Shown in pieces: positions 39,027 to 53,902 of a stretch of 64,000 bases of DNA (positions are counted from its first letter, which is position 1; every line of letters begins with the position of its first letter). This stretch comes from Antedon mediterranea (Eukaryota; Animalia; Echinodermata). The position numbers were made by a program, and so were the translations under genes. The DNA lies in contig NC_092670.1 in the NCBI RefSeq assembly GCF_964355755.1, forward strand, positions 27,702,388 to 27,766,387, in the 5' to 3' direction. The notes beneath the pieces were generated by a model. The model saw only the letters and a list, made by a program, of their open reading frames with translations. It made no database searches and had not been told where the DNA came from.

Positions 39027-42000
39027 TGGTCTAAAACGTCTCCAAATGCGATTTGAAGCAATTCTAAGCACTTTGGTGTTTTTATGTTAACAAGTTTTTT
39101 CGAAAATCACAAAATGGTCTAAAATGTCTCCAAATGCGATTTGAAGCTTTTCTAAGCACTTTGGTGTTTTTATGTTAACAAGTTTTTTCGAAAATCACAA
39201 AATGGTCTAAAACGTCTCCAAATGTGATTTGAAGCTATTCTAAACACTTTGGTGTTTTTATGTTAAAAAGTTTTTTCGAAAATCACAAATTGGTCTAAAA
39301 CGTCTCCAAATGCGATTTGAAGCTATTTTAAGCACTTTGGTGTTTTTGTGTAACCAAGTTTTTTCGAAAATCACAAAAGGGTCTAAAATGTCTCAAAATG
39401 CGATTTGAAGCTATTCTAAGCACTTTGGTGTTTTTATGTTAACAAGTTTTTTTCGAAAATCACAAAATGGTGTAAAACGTCTCCAAATGCGATTTTAAGC
39501 TATTCTAAGCAATTTGGTGTTTTTATGTTAACAAGTTTTTTCGAAAATCACAAAATGGTCTAAAACGTCTCCAAATGCGATTTGAAGCTATTCTGTACAC
39601 TTTGCTGTTTTGTGAGAATAATTTTTGTCGAAATGCTCAAAATGGTCAAAAACGTTTTTAAATACGATATTAAGCTATTTTGTGCTCTTTGATGTTTTTG
39701 TGTGAAAAGTTTTATCGAAATGCTCAAAATGGTCTAAAACGGTTTCTAATGTGATTTTAAGCACTTTGATGTTTTTATGTTAACAACTTTTTTAGAAAAT
39801 TACAAAATGGTGTAAAACGTCTCCAAATGCGATTTGAAGCTATTCTAAGCAATTTCGTGTTTTTATGTTAACAAGTTTTTTCGAAAATCACAAAATGGTC
39901 TAAAACGTCTCCAAATGCGATTTGAAGCTATTCTAAGCACTTTTGTGTTTTTATGTTAACAAGTTTTTTCGAAAATCACAAAATGGTCTAAAATGTCTCC
40001 AAATGCGATTTTAAGGTATTCTAAGCACTTTGGTGTTTTTATGTTAACAAGTTTTTTCGAAAATCACAAAATGGTCTAAAACGTCTACAAATGCGATTTG
40101 AAGCTATTCTAAGCACTTTGGTGTTTTTATGTTAACAAGTTTTTTCGAAAATTACAAAATGGTATAAAACGTCTCCAAATGCGATTTGAAGATTTTCTAA
40201 GCACTTTGGTGTTTTTATGTTTACAAGTTTTTTCGAAAATCACAAAATGGTCTAAAACGTCTCCAAATGCGATTTGAAGCTATTCTGTACACTTTGCTGT
40301 TTTGTGTGAATAATTTTGTCAAAATGCTCAAAATGGTCAAAAACGTTTTTAAATACTATATTAAGCTATTTTGTGTTCTTTGATGTTTTTGTGTGAAAAG
40401 TTTTATCGAAATGCTCAAAATGGTCTAAAACGGTTTCTAATGAAATGATTTTAAGAACTTTGATGTTTTTATGTTAACAACTTTTTTAGAAAATCACAAA
40501 ATGGTCTAAAACGTCTCCAAATGCGATTTGAAGCAATTCTAAGCACTTTGGTGTTTTTATGTTAACAAGTTTTTTCGAAAATCACAAAATGGTATAAAAC
40601 CTCTCCAAATGCGATTTTAAGGTATTCTAAGCACTTTGGTGTTTTTATGTTAACAAGTTTTTTCGAAAATCACAAAATGGTCTAAAACGTCTACAAATGC
40701 GATTTGAAGCTATTCTAAGCACTTTGGTGTTTTTATGTTAACAAGTTTTTTCGAAAATCACAAAATGGTATAAAACGTCTCCAAATGAGATTTTAAGGTA
40801 TTCTAAGCACTTTGGTGTTTTTATGTTAACAAGTTTTTTCGAAAATCACAAAATGGTCTAAAACGTCTACAAATGCGATTTGAAGCTATTCTAAGCACTT
40901 TGGTGTTTTTATGTTAACAAGTTTTTTCGAAAATCACAAAATGGTATAAAACGTCTCCAAATGCGATTTTAAGCTATTCTAAGCAATTTGGTGTTTTTAT
41001 GTTAACAAGTTTTTTCGAAAATCACAAAATGGTCGAAAATGTCACAAAATGCGATTTGAAGCTATTCTAAGCACTTTGGTGTTATTATGTTAACAAGTTT
41101 TTTCGAAAATCACAAATTGGTCTAAAACGTCTCCAAATGCGATTTGAAGCTATTTTAAGCACTTTGGTGTTTTTGTGTAACCAAGTTTTTTCGAAAATCA
41201 CAAAATGGTGTGAAACGTCTCCAAATGCGATTTGAAGCTATTCTAAGCACTTTGCTGTTTTGTGTGAATAATTTTTGTCGAAATGCTCAAAATGGTCAAA
41301 AACGTTTTTAAATACGATATTAAGCTATTTTGTGCTCTTTGATGTTTTTGTGTGAAAAGTTTTATCGAAATGCTCAAAATGGTCTAAAACGGTTTCTAAT
41401 GTGATTTTAAGCACTTTGATGTTTTTATGTTAACAACTTTTTTAGAAAATCACAAAATGGTCTAAAACGTCTCCAAATGCGATTTGAAGCAATTCTAAGC
41501 ACTTTGGTGTTTTTATGGTAACGAGTTATTTCGAAAATCACAAAATGGTCTAAAACGTCTCCAAATGCGATTTGAAGCTATTCTGTACACTTTGCTGTTT
41601 TGTGTGAATAATTTTTGTCAAAATGCTCAAAATGGTCAAAAACGTTTTTTAATACTATATTAAGCTATTTTGTGCTCTTTGATGTTTTTGTGTGAAAAGT
41701 TTTATCGAAATGCTCAAAATGGTCTAAAACGGTTTCTAATGTGATTTTAAGCACTTTGATGTTTTTATGTTAACAACTTTTTTAGAAAATTACAAAATGG
41801 TGTAAAACGTCTCCAAATGCGATTTGAAGCTATTCTAAGCACTTTGGTGTTTTTATGGTAACGAGTTTTTTTGAATATCACAAAATGGTCTAAAATGTCT
41901 CCAAATGCGATTTGAAGCTTTTCTAAGCACTTTGGTGTTTTTATGTTAACAAGTTTTTTCGTAAATCACAAAATGGTCTAAAACGTCTCCAAATGTGATT

Positions 42001-42799
42001 TGAAGCTATTCTAAACACTTTGGTGTTTTTATGTTAACAAGTTTTTTCGAAAATCACAAATTGGTCTAAAACGTCTCCAAATGCGATTTGAAGCTAGTTT
42101 AAGCACTTTTGTGTTTTTGTGTAACCAAGTTTTTTCGAAAATCACAAAAGGGTCTAAAATGTCTCAAAATGCGATTTGAAGCTATTCTGTACACTTTGAT
42201 GTTTTTTTTGTTAACAAGTTTTTTCGAAAGTCACAAAATGGTCTAAAACGTCTCCAAATGCGATTTGAAGCTATTCTAAGCACTTTGGTGTTTTTATGTT
42301 AACAAGTTTTTTCGAAAATCACAAAATGGTGTAAAACGTCTCCAAATGCGATTTGAAGCTATTCTAAGCAATTTGGTGTTTTTATGTTAACAAGTTTTTT
42401 CGAAAATCACAAAATGGTGTAAAACGTCTCTAAATGCGATTTTAAGCTATTCTAAGCAATTTGGTGTTTTTTTATGTTAACAAGTTTTTTCGAAAATCAC
42501 AAAATGGTCTAAAACGTCTCCAAATGCGATTTGAAGCTATTCTGTACACTTTGCTGTTTTGTGAGAATAATTTTTGTCGAAATGCTCAAAATGGTCAAAA
42601 ACGTTTTTAAATACGATATTAAGCTATTTTGTGCTCTTTGATGTTTTTGTGTGAAAAGTTTTATCGAAATGCTCAAAATGGTCTAAAACGGTTTCTAATG
42701 TGATTTTAAGCACTTTGGTGTTTTTATGTTAACAAGTTTTTTCGAAAATCACAAAATGGTCTAAAACGTCTCCAAATGTGATTTGAAGCTATTCAAAAC

Positions 42800-45700
42800 A
42801 CTTTGGTGTTTTTATGTTAACAAGTTTTTTCGAAAATCACAAATTGGTCTAAAACGTCTCCAAATGCGATTTGAAGCTATTTTAAGCACTTTGGTGTTTT
42901 TGTGTAACGAAGTTTTTTCGAAAATCACAAAAGGGTCTAAAATGTCTCAAAATGCGATTTGAAGCTATTCTGTACACTTTGATGTTTTTTTGTTAACAAG
43001 TTTTTTCGAAAGTCACAAAATGGTCTAAAACGTCTCCAAATGCGATTTGAAGCTATTCTAAGCACTTTGCTGTTTTGTGTGAATAATTTTTGTCGAAATG
43101 CTCAAAATGGTCAAAAACGTTTTTAAATACGATATTAAGCTATTTTGTGCTCTTTGATGTTTTTGTGTGAAAAGTTTTATCGAAATGCTCAAAATGGTCT
43201 AAAACGGTTTCTAATGTGATTTTAAGCACTTTGATGTTTTTATGTTAACAACTTTTTTAGAAAATCACAAAATGGTCTAAAACGTCTCCAAATGCGATTT
43301 GAAGCAATTCTAAGCACTTTGGTGTTTTTATGGTAACGAGTTTTTTTGAATATCACAAAATGGTCTAAAATGTCTCCAAATGCGATTTGAAGCTTTTCTA
43401 AGCACTTTGGTGTTTTTATGTTAACAAGTTTTTTCGAAAATCACAAAATGGTCTAAAACGTCTCCAAATGCGATTTGAAGCTATTCTGTACACTTTGCTG
43501 TTTTGTGTGAATAATTTTTGTCGAAATGCTCAAAATGGTCAAAAACGTTTTTAAGTACGATATTAAGCTATTTTGTGCTCTTTTATGTTTTTGTGTGAAA
43601 AGTTTTATCGAAATGCTCAAAATGGTCTAAAACGGTTTCTAATGTGATTTTAAGCACTTTGATGTTTTTATGTTAACAACTTTTTTAGAAAATCACAAAA
43701 TGGTCTAAAACGTCTCCAAATGCGATTTGAAGCAATTCTAAGCACTTTGGTGTTTTTATGGTAACGAGTTTTTTTGAATATCACAAAATGGTCTAAAATG
43801 TCTCCAAATGCGATTTGAAGCTTTTCTAAGCAATTTGGTGTTTTTATGGTAACGAGTTATTTCGAAAATCACAAAATGGTCTAAAACGTCTCCAAATGCG
43901 ATTTGAAGCTATTCTGTACACTTTGCTGTTTTGTGTGAATAATTTTTGTCAAAATGCTCAAAATGGTCAAAAACGTTTTTAAATACTATATTAAGCTATT
44001 TTGTGCTCTTTGATGTTTTTGTGTGAAAAGTTTTATCGAAATGCTCAAAATGGTCTAAAACGGTTTCTAATGTGATTTTAAGCACTTTGATGTTTTTATG
44101 TTAACAACTTTTTTAGAAAATTACAAAATGGTGTAAAACGTCTCCAAATGCGATTTGAAGCTATTCTAAGCAATTTGGTGTTTTTATGTTAACAAGTTTT
44201 TTCGAAAATCACAAAATGGTCTAAAACGTCTCCAAATGCGATTTGAAGCTATTCTAAGCACTTTTGTGTTTTTATGTTAACAAGTTTTTTCGAAAATCAC
44301 AAAATGGTCTACAACGTCTCCAAATGCGATTTGAAGATATTCTAAGCACTTTGGTGTTTTTATGTTAACAAGTTTTTTCGAAAATCACAAAGTGGTATAA
44401 AACGTCTCCAAATGCGATTTTAAGGTATTCTAAGCACTTTGGTGTTTTTATGTTAACAAGTTTTTTCGAAAATCACAAAATGGTCTAAAACGTCTCCAAA
44501 TGTGATTTGAAGCTATTCTAAACACTTTGGTGTTTTTATGTTAACAAGTTTTTTCGAAAATCACAAATTGGTCTAAAACGTCTCCAAATGCGATTTGAAG
44601 CTATTTTAAGCACTTTGGTGTTTTTGTGTAACCAAGTTTTTTCGAAAATCACAAAAGGGTCTAAAATGTCTCAAAATGCGATTTGAAGCTATTCTGTACA
44701 CTTTGATGTTTTTATGTTAACAACTTTTTTAGAAAATCACAAAATGGTCTAAAACGTCTCCAAATGCGATTTGAAGCAATTCTAAGCACTTTGGTGTTTT
44801 TATGGTAACGAGTTTTTTTGAATATCACAAAATGGTCTAAAATGTCTCCAAATGCGATTTGAAGCTTTTCTAAGCACTTTGGTGTTTTTATGTTAACAAG
44901 TTTTTTAGAAAATCACAAAATGGTCTAAAACGTCTCCAAATGCGATTTGAAGCAATTCTAAGCACTTTGGTGTTTTTATGGTAACGAGTTTTTTTGAATA
45001 TCACAAAATGGTCTAAAACGTCTCCAAATGCGATTTGAAGCTATTCTAAGCACTTTGCTGTTTTGTGTGAATAATTTTTGTCGAAATGCTCAAAATGGTC
45101 AAAAACGTTTTTAAATACGATTTTAAGCTATTTTGTGCTCTTTGATGTTTTTGTGTGAAAAGTTTTATCGAAATGCTCAAAATGGTCTAAAACGGTTTCT
45201 AATGTGATTTTAAGCACTTTGATGTTTTTATGTTAACAACTTTTTTAGAAAATCACAAAATGGTCTAAAACGTCTCCAAATGCGATTTGAAGCAATTCTA
45301 AGCACTTTGGTGTTTTTATGGTAACGAGTTTTTTTGAATATCACAAAATGGTCTAAAATGTCTCCAAATGCGATTTGAAGCTTTTCTAAGCACTTTGGTG
45401 TTTTTATGTTAACAAGTTTTTTCGAAAATCACAAAATGGTCTAAAACGTCTCCAAATGCGATTTGAAGCTATTCTGTACACTTTGCTGTTTTGTGTGAAT
45501 AATTTTTGTCGAAATGCTCAAAATGGTCAAAAACGTTTTTAAATACGATATTAAGCTATTTTGTGCTCTTTGATGTTTTTGTGTGAAAAGCTTTATCGAA
45601 ATGCTCAAAATGGTCTAAAACGGTTTCTAATGTGATTTTAAGCACTTTGATGTTTTTATGTTAACAACTTTTTTAGAAAATTACAAAATGGTGTAAAACG

Positions 45701-48700
45701 TCTCCAAATGCGATTTGAAGCTATTCTAAGCAATTTGGTGTTTTTATGTTAACAAGTTTTTTCGAAAATCACAAAATGGTCTAAAACGTCTCCGAATGCG
45801 ATTTGAAGCTATTCTAAGCACTTTTGTGTTTTTATGTTAACAAGTTTTTTCGAAAATCACAAAATGGTCTAAAATGTCTCCAAATGCGATTTGAAGCTTT
45901 TCTAAGCACTTTTGTGTTTTTATGTTTACAAGTTTTTTCGAAAATCACAAAATGGTCTAAAACGTCTCCAAATGCGATTTGAAGCTATTCTGTACACTTT
46001 GCTGTTTTGTGTGAATAATTTTTGTCAAAATGCTCAAAATGGTCAAAAACGTTTTTAAATACTATATTAAGCTATTTTGTGTTCTTTGATGTTTTTATGT
46101 GAAAAGTTTTATCGAAATGCTCAAAATGGTCTAAAACGGTTTCTAATGTGATTTTAAGAACTTTGATGTTTTTATGTTAAAAACTTTTTTAGAAAATCAC
46201 AAAATGGTCTAAAACGTCTCCAAATGCGATTTGAAGCAATTCTAAGCACTTTGGTGTTTTTATGTTAACATGTTTTTTCGAAAATCACAAAATGGTCTAC
46301 AACGTCTCCAAATGCGATTTGAAGATATTCTAAGCACTTTGGTGTTTTTATGTTAACAAGTTTTTTCGAAAATCACAAAGTGGTATAAAACGTCTCCAAA
46401 TGCGATTTTAAGGTATTCTAAGCACTTTGGTGTTTTTATGTTAACAAGTTTTTTCGAAAATCACAAAATGGTCTAAAACGTCTCCAAATGTGATTTGAAG
46501 CTATTCTAAACACTTTGGTGTTTTTATGTTAACAAGTTTTTTTGAAAATCACAAATTGGTCTAAAACGTCTCCAAATGCGATTTGAAGCTATTTTAAGCA
46601 CTTTGGTGTTTTTGTGTAACCAAGTTTTTTCGAAAATCACAAAAGGGTCTAAAATGTCTCAAAATGCGATTTGAAGCTATTCTGTACACTTTGATGTTTT
46701 TATGTTAACAACTTTTTTAGAAAATCACAAAATGGTCTAAAACGTCTCCAAATGCGATTTGAAGCAATTCTAAGCACTTTGGTGTTTTTATGGTAACGAG
46801 TTTTTTTGAATATCACAAAATGGTCTAAAATGTCTCCAAATGCGATTTGAAGCTTTTCTAAGCACTTTGGTGTTTTTATGTTAACAAGTTTTTTCGAAAA
46901 TCACAAAATGGTCTAAAACGTCTCCAAATGCGATTTGAAGCTATTCTGTACACTTTGCTGTTTTGTGTGAATAATTTTTGTCGAAATGCTCAAAATGGTC
47001 AAAAACGTTTTTAAATACGATATTAAGCTATTTTGTGCTCTTTGATGTTTTTGTGTGAAAAGTTTTATCGAAATGCTCAAAATGGTCTAAAACGGTTTCT
47101 AATGTGATTTTAAGCACTTTGATGTTTTTATGTTAACAACTTTTTTCGAAAATCACAAAATGGTCTAAAACGTCTCCAAATGCGATTTGAAGCTATTCTA
47201 AGCACTTTGGTGTTTTTATGTTAACAAGTTTTTTCGAAAATCACAAAATGGTGTAAAACGTCTCCAAATGCGATTTGAAGCTATTCTAAGCAATTTTGTG
47301 TTTTTATGTTAACAAGTTTTATCGAAAATCACAAAATGGTGTAAAACGTCTCCAAATGCGATTTGAAGCTATTCTGTACACTTTGCTGTTTTGTGAGAAT
47401 AATTTTTATCGAAATGCTCAAAATGGTCAAAAACGTTTTTAAATACGATATTAAGCTATTTTGTGCTCTTTGATGTTTTTGTGTGAAAAGTTTTATCGAA
47501 ATGCTCAAAATGGTCTAAAACGGTTTCTAATGTGATTTTAAGCACTTTGATGTTTTTATGTTAACAACTTTTTTAGAAAATTACAAAATGGTGTAAAACG
47601 TCTCCAAATGCGATTTGAAGCTATTCTAAGCAATTTCGTGTTTTTATGTTAACAAGTTTTTTCGAAAATCACAAAATGGTCTAAAACGTCTCCAAATGCG
47701 ATTTGAAGCTATTCTAAGCACTTTTGTGTTTTTATGTTAACAAGTTTTTTCGAAAATCACAAAATGGTCTAAAACGTCTCCAAATGCGATTTGAAGCTAT
47801 TCTGTACACTTTGCTGTTTTGTGTGAATAATTTTTTGTCGAAATGCTCAAAATGGTCAAAAACGTTTTTAAATACGATATTAAGCTATTTTGTGCTCTTT
47901 GATGTTTTTGTGTGAAAAGTTTTATCGAAATGCTCAAAATGGTCTAAAACGGTTTCTAATGTGATTTTAAGCACTTTGATGTTTTTATGTTAACAACTTT
48001 TTTAGAAAATCACAAAATGGTCTAAAACGTCTCCAAATGCGATTTGAAGCAATTCTAAGCACTTTGGTGTTTTTATGGTAACGAGTTTTTTTGAATATCA
48101 CAAAATGGTCTAAAACGTCTCCAAATGCGATTTGAAGCTTTTCTAAGCACTTTGGTGTTTTTATGTTTACAAGTTTTTTCGAAAATCACAAAATGGTCTA
48201 AAACGGCTCCAAATACGATTTGAAGCTATTCTAAGCACTTTGGTGTTTTTATGTTAACAAGTTTTTTCGAAAATCACAAAATGGTCTAAAACGTCTCCAA
48301 ATGCGATTTGAAGCTATTCTAAGCACTTTGGTGTTTTTATGTTAACAAGTTTTTTCGAAAATCACAAAATGGTGTAAAACGTCTCCAAATGCGATTTGAA
48401 GCTATTCTAAGCACTTTTGTGTTTTTATGTTAACAAGTTTTTTCGAAAATCACAAAATGGTCTAAAATGTCTCAAATTGCGATTTGAAGCTATTCTGTAC
48501 ACTTTGCTGTTTTGTGTGAATAATTTTTGTCAAAATGCTCAAAATGGTCAAAAACGTTTTTAAATACTATATTAAGCTATTTTGTGTTCTTTGATGTTTT
48601 TGTGTGAAAAGTTTTTTCGAAATGCTCAAAATGGTCTAAAACGGTTTCTAATGTGATTTTAAGCACTTTGATGTTTTTATGTTAACAACTTTTTTAGAAA

Positions 48701-51037
48701 ATTACAAAATGGTCTAAAACGTCTCCAAATGCGATTTGAAGCAATTCTAAGCACTTTGGTGTTTTTATGTTAACAAGTTTTTTCGAAAATCACAAAATGG
48801 TCTAAAACGTCTCCAAATGCGATTTGAAGCTATTCTGTACACTTTGCTGTTTTGTGTGAATAATTTTTGTTGAAATGCTCAAAATGGTCAAAAACGTTTT
48901 TAAATACGATATTAAGCTATTTTGTGCTCTTTGATGTTTTTGTGTGAAAAGTTTTATCGAAATGCTCAAAATGGTCTAAAACGGTTTCTAATGTGATTTT
49001 AAGCACTTTGGTGTTTTTATGTTAACAAGTTTTTTCGAAAATCACAAAATGGTCTAAAACGTCTCCAAATGTGATTTGAAGCTATTCTAAACACTTTGGT
49101 GTTTTTATGTTAACAAGTTTTTTCGAAAATCACAAATTGGTCTAAAACGTCTCCAAATGCGATTTGAAGCTATTTTAAGCACTTTGGTGTTTTTGTGTAA
49201 CCAAGTTTTTTCGAAAATCACAAAAGGGTCTAAAATGTCTCAAAATGCGATTTGAAGCTATTCTGTACACTTTGATGTTTTTTTGTTAACAAGTTTTTTC
49301 GAAAGTCACAAAATGGTCTAAAAAGTCTCCAAATGCGATTTGAAGCTATTCTAAGCACTTTGGTGTTTTTATGTTAACAAGTTTTATCGAAAATCACAAA
49401 ATGGTGTAAAACGTCTCCAAATGCGATTTGAAGCTATTCTAAGCACTTTGGTGTTTTTATGTTAACAAGTTTTTTCGAAAATCACAAAATGGTGTAAAAC
49501 GTCTCCAAATGCGATTTTAAGCTATTCTAAGCAATTTGGTGTTTTTATGTTAACAAGTTTTTTCGAAAATCACAAAATGGTCTAAAACGTCTCCAAATGC
49601 GATTTGAAGCTATTCTGTACACTTTGCTGTTTTGTGAGAATAATTTTTGTCGAAATGCTCAAAATGGTCAAAAACGTTTTTAAATACGATATTAAGCTAT
49701 TTTGTGCTCTTTGATGTTTTTGTGTGAAAAGTTTTATCGAAATGCTCAAAATGGTCTAAAACGGTTTCTAATGTGATTTTAAGCACTTTGATGTTTTTAT
49801 GTTAACAACTTTTTTAGAAAATTACAAAATGGTGTAAAACGTCTCCAAATGCGATTTGAAGCTATTCTAAGCAATTTCGTGTTTTTATGTTAACAAGTTT
49901 TTTCGAAAATCACAAAATGGTCTAAAACGTCTCCAAATGCGATTTGAAGCTATTCTAAGCACTTTTGTGTTTTTATGTTAACAAGTTTTTTCGAAAATCA
50001 CAAAATGGTCTAAAATGTCTCCAAATGCGATTTTAAGGTATTCTAAGCACTTTGGTGTTTTTATGTTAACAAGTTTTTTCGAAAATCACAAAATGGTCTA
50101 AAACGTCTCCAAATGCGATTTGAAGCTATTTTAAGCACTTTGGTGTTTTTGTGTAACCAAGTTTTTTCGAAAATCACAAAAGGGTCTAAAATGTCTCAAA
50201 ATGCGATTTGAAGCTATTCTGTACACTTTGATGTTTTTTTGTTAACAAGTTTTTTCGAAAGTCACAAAATGGTCTAAAAAGTCTCCAAATGCGATTTGAA
50301 GCTATTCTAAGCACTTTGGTGTTTTTATGTTAACAAGTTTTATCGAAAATCACAAAATGGTGTAAAACGTCTCCAAATGCGATTTGAAGCTATTCTAAGC
50401 ACTTTGGTGTTTTTATGTTAACAAGTTTTTTCGAAAATCACAAAATGGTGTAAAACGTCTCCAAATGCGATTTTAAGCTATTCTAAGCAATTTGGTGTTT
50501 TTATGTTAACAAGTTTTTTCGAAAATCACAAAATGGTCTAAAACGTCTCCAAATGCGATTTGAAGCTATTCTGTACACTTTGCTGTTTTGTGAGAATAAT
50601 TTTTGTCGAAATGCTCAAAATGGTCAAAAACGTTTTTAAATACGATATTAAGCTATTTTGTGCTCTTTGATGTTTTTGTGTGAAAAGTTTTATCGAAATG
50701 CTCAAAATGGTCTAAAACGGTTTCTAATGTGATTTTAAGCACTTTGATGTTTTTATGTTAACAACTTTTTTAGAAAATTACAAAATGGTGTAAAACGTCT
50801 CCAAATGCGATTTGAAGCTATTCTAAGCAATTTCGTGTTTTTATGTTAACAAGTTTTTTCGAAAATCACAAAATGGTCTAAAACGTCTCCAAATGCGATT
50901 TGAAGCTATTCTAAGCACTTTTGTGTTTTTATGTTAACAAGTTTTTTCGAAAATCACAAAATGATCTAAAATGTCTCCAAATGCGATTTTAAGGTATTCT
51001 AAGCACTTTGGTGTTTTTATGTTAACAAGTTTTTTCG
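42800..51037 (+). repeat. Block duplication, at least 8.2 kb, copied at ~55763-64000 (offset 12,963), running off the window end
   Basis: Shared markers: AAGTACG at 43555/56518, AAAGCTTTATC at 45591/58554, TCCGAAT at 45791/58754, ORF at 47724/60687. Few private SNPs (near 42909, 50964, 60921, 61389). Confidence 0.93.
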
Positions 51038-51086
51038 AAAATCACAAAATGGTCTAAAACGTCTCCAAATGCGATTTGAAGCTATT
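49138..51086 (+). repeat. Tandem duplication of a 956-bp unit (11 monomers: 11x88-12); also present at ~62101-64000
   Basis: TATTTTAAGC..GTGTAACC at 49171/50127. The AAAAAGTCTCC, GTGAGAAT and CAATTTCGTG markers each repeat at +956. Confidence 0.9.
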
Positions 51087-53902
51087 CTAAGCACTTTGGT
51101 GTTTTTATGTTAACAAGTTTTTTCGAAAATCACAAAATGGTGTAAAACTTCTCCAAATACGATTTTAAGCTATTCTAAGCAATTTGGTGTTTTTATGTTA
51201 ACAACTTTTTTAGAAAATCACAAAATGGTATAAAACGTCTCCAAATACGATTTGAAGCAATTCTAAGCACTTTGGTGTTTTTATGTTAACAAGTTTTTTC
51301 GAAAATCACAAAATGGTCTAAAATGTCTCCAAATGCGATTTTAAGGTATTCTAAGCACTTTGGTGTTTTTATGGTAACGAGTTATTTTGAAAATCACAAA
51401 ATGGTCTAAAACGTCTCCAAATGCGATTTGAAGCTATTCTGTACACTTTGCTGTTTTGTGTGAATAATTTTTGTCAAAATGCTCAAAATGGTCAAAAACG
51501 TTTTTAAATACTATATTAAGCTATTTTGTGCTCTTTGATGTTTTTGTGTGAAAAGTTTTATCGAAATGCTCAAAATGGTCTAAAACGGTTTCTAATGTGA
51601 TTTTAAGCACTTTGATGTTTTTATGTTAACAACTTTTTTAGAAAATTACAAAATGGTGTAAAACGTCTCCAAATGCGATTTGAAGCTATTCTAAGCAATT
51701 TGGTGTTTTTATGTTAACAAGTTTTTTCGAAAATCACAAAATGGTCTAAAACGTCTCCAAATGCGATTTGAAGCTATTCTAAGCACTTTTGTGTTTTTAT
51801 GTTAACAAGTTTTTTCGAAAATCACAAAATGGTCTAAAATGTCTCCAAATGCGATTTGAAGCTTTTCTAAGCACTTTTGTGTTTTTATGTTTACAAGTTT
51901 TTTCGAAAATCACAAAATGGTCTAAAACGTCTCCAAATGCGATTTGAAGCTATTCTGTACACTTTGCTGTTTTGTGTGAATAATTTTTGTCAAAATGCTC
52001 AAAATGGTCAAAAACGTTTTTAAATACTATATTAAGCTATTTTGTGTTCTTTGATGTTTTTATGTGAAAAGTTTTATCGAAATGCTCAAAATGGTCTAAA
52101 ACGGTTTCTAATGTGATTTTAAGAACTTTGATGTTTTTATGTTAAAAACTTTTTTAGAAAATCACAAAATGGTCTAAAACGTCTCCAAATGCGATTTGAA
52201 GCAATTCTAAGCACTTTGGTGTTTTTATGTTAACACGTTTTTTCGAAAATCACAAAATGGTCTAAAACGTCTCCAAATGCGATTTGAAGCTATTCTAAGC
52301 ACTTTTGTGTTTTTATGTTAACAAGTTTTTTCGAAAATCACAAAATGGTCTAAAATGTCTCCAAATGCGATTTTAAGGTATTCTAAGCACTTTGGTGTTT
52401 TTATGTTAACAAGTTTTTTTGAAAATCACAAAATGGTCTAAAACGTCTACAAATGCGATTTGAAGCTATTCTAAGCACTTTGGTGTTTTTATGTTAACAA
52501 GTTTTTTCGAAAATCACAAAATGGTATAAAACGTCTCCAAATGCGATTTGAAGATTTTCTAAGCACTTTGGTGTTTTTATGTTTACAAGTTTTTTCGAAA
52601 ATCACAAAATGGTCTAAAACGTCTCCAAATGCGATTTGAAGCTATTCTGTACACTTTGCTGTTTTGTGTGAATAATTTTGTCAAAATGCTCAAAATGGTC
52701 AAAAACGTTTTTAAATACTATATTAAGCTATTTTGTGTTCTTTGATGTTTTTGTGTGAAAAGTTTTATCGAAATGCTCAAAATGGTCTAAAACGGTTTCT
52801 AATGAAATGATTTTAAGAACTTTGATGTTTTTATGTTAACAACTTTTTTAGAAAATCACAAAATGGTCTAAAACGTCTCCAAATGCGATTTGAAGCAATT
52901 CTAAGCACTTTGGTGTTTTTATGTTAACAAGTTTTTTCGAAAATCACAAAATGGTATAAAACCTCTCCAAATACGATTTTAAGGTATTCTAAGCACTTTG
53001 GTGTTTTTATGTTAACAAGTTTGTTCGAAAATCACAAAATGGTCTAAAACGTCTACAAATGCGATTTGAAGCTATTCTAAGCACTTTGGTGTTTTTATGT
53101 TAACAAGTTTTTTCGAAAATCACAAAATGGTATAAAACGTCTCCAAATGAGATTTTAAGGTATTCTAAGCACTTTGGTGTTTTTATGTTAACAAGTTTTT
53201 TCGAAAATCACAAAATGGTCTAAAACGTCTACAAATGCGATTTGAAGCTATTCTAAGCACTTTGGTGTTTTTATGTTAACAAGTTTTTTCGAAAATCACA
53301 AAATGGTATAAAACGTCTCCAAATGCGATTTTAAGCTATTCTAAGCAATTTGGTGTTTTTATGTTAACAAGTTTTTTCGAAAATCACAAAATGGTCGAAA
53401 ATGTCACAAAATGCGATTTGAAGCTATTCTAAGCACTTTGGTGTTATTATGTTAACAAGTTTTTTCGAAAATCACAAATTGGTCTAAAACGTCTCCAAAT
53501 GCGATTTGAAGCTATTTTAAGCACTTTGGTGTTTTTGTGTAACCAAGTTTTTTCGAAAATCACAAAAGGGTCTAAAATGTCTATAAATGCGATTTGAAGC
53601 TATTCTGTACACTTTGATGTTTTTTTGTTAACAAGTTTTTTCGAAAGTCACAAAATGGTCTAAAACGTCTCCAAATGCGATTTGAAGCTATTCTAAGCAC
53701 TTTGGTGTTTTTATGTTAACAAGTTTTTTCGAAAATCACAAAATGGTGTAAAACGTCTCCAAATGCGATTTGAAGCTATTCTAAGCACTTTGGTGTTTTT
53801 ATGTTAACAAGTTTTTTCGAAAATCACAAAATGGTGTAAAACTTCTCCAAATACGATTTTAAGCTATTCTAAGCAATTTGGTGTTTTTATGTTAACAAGT
53901 TT

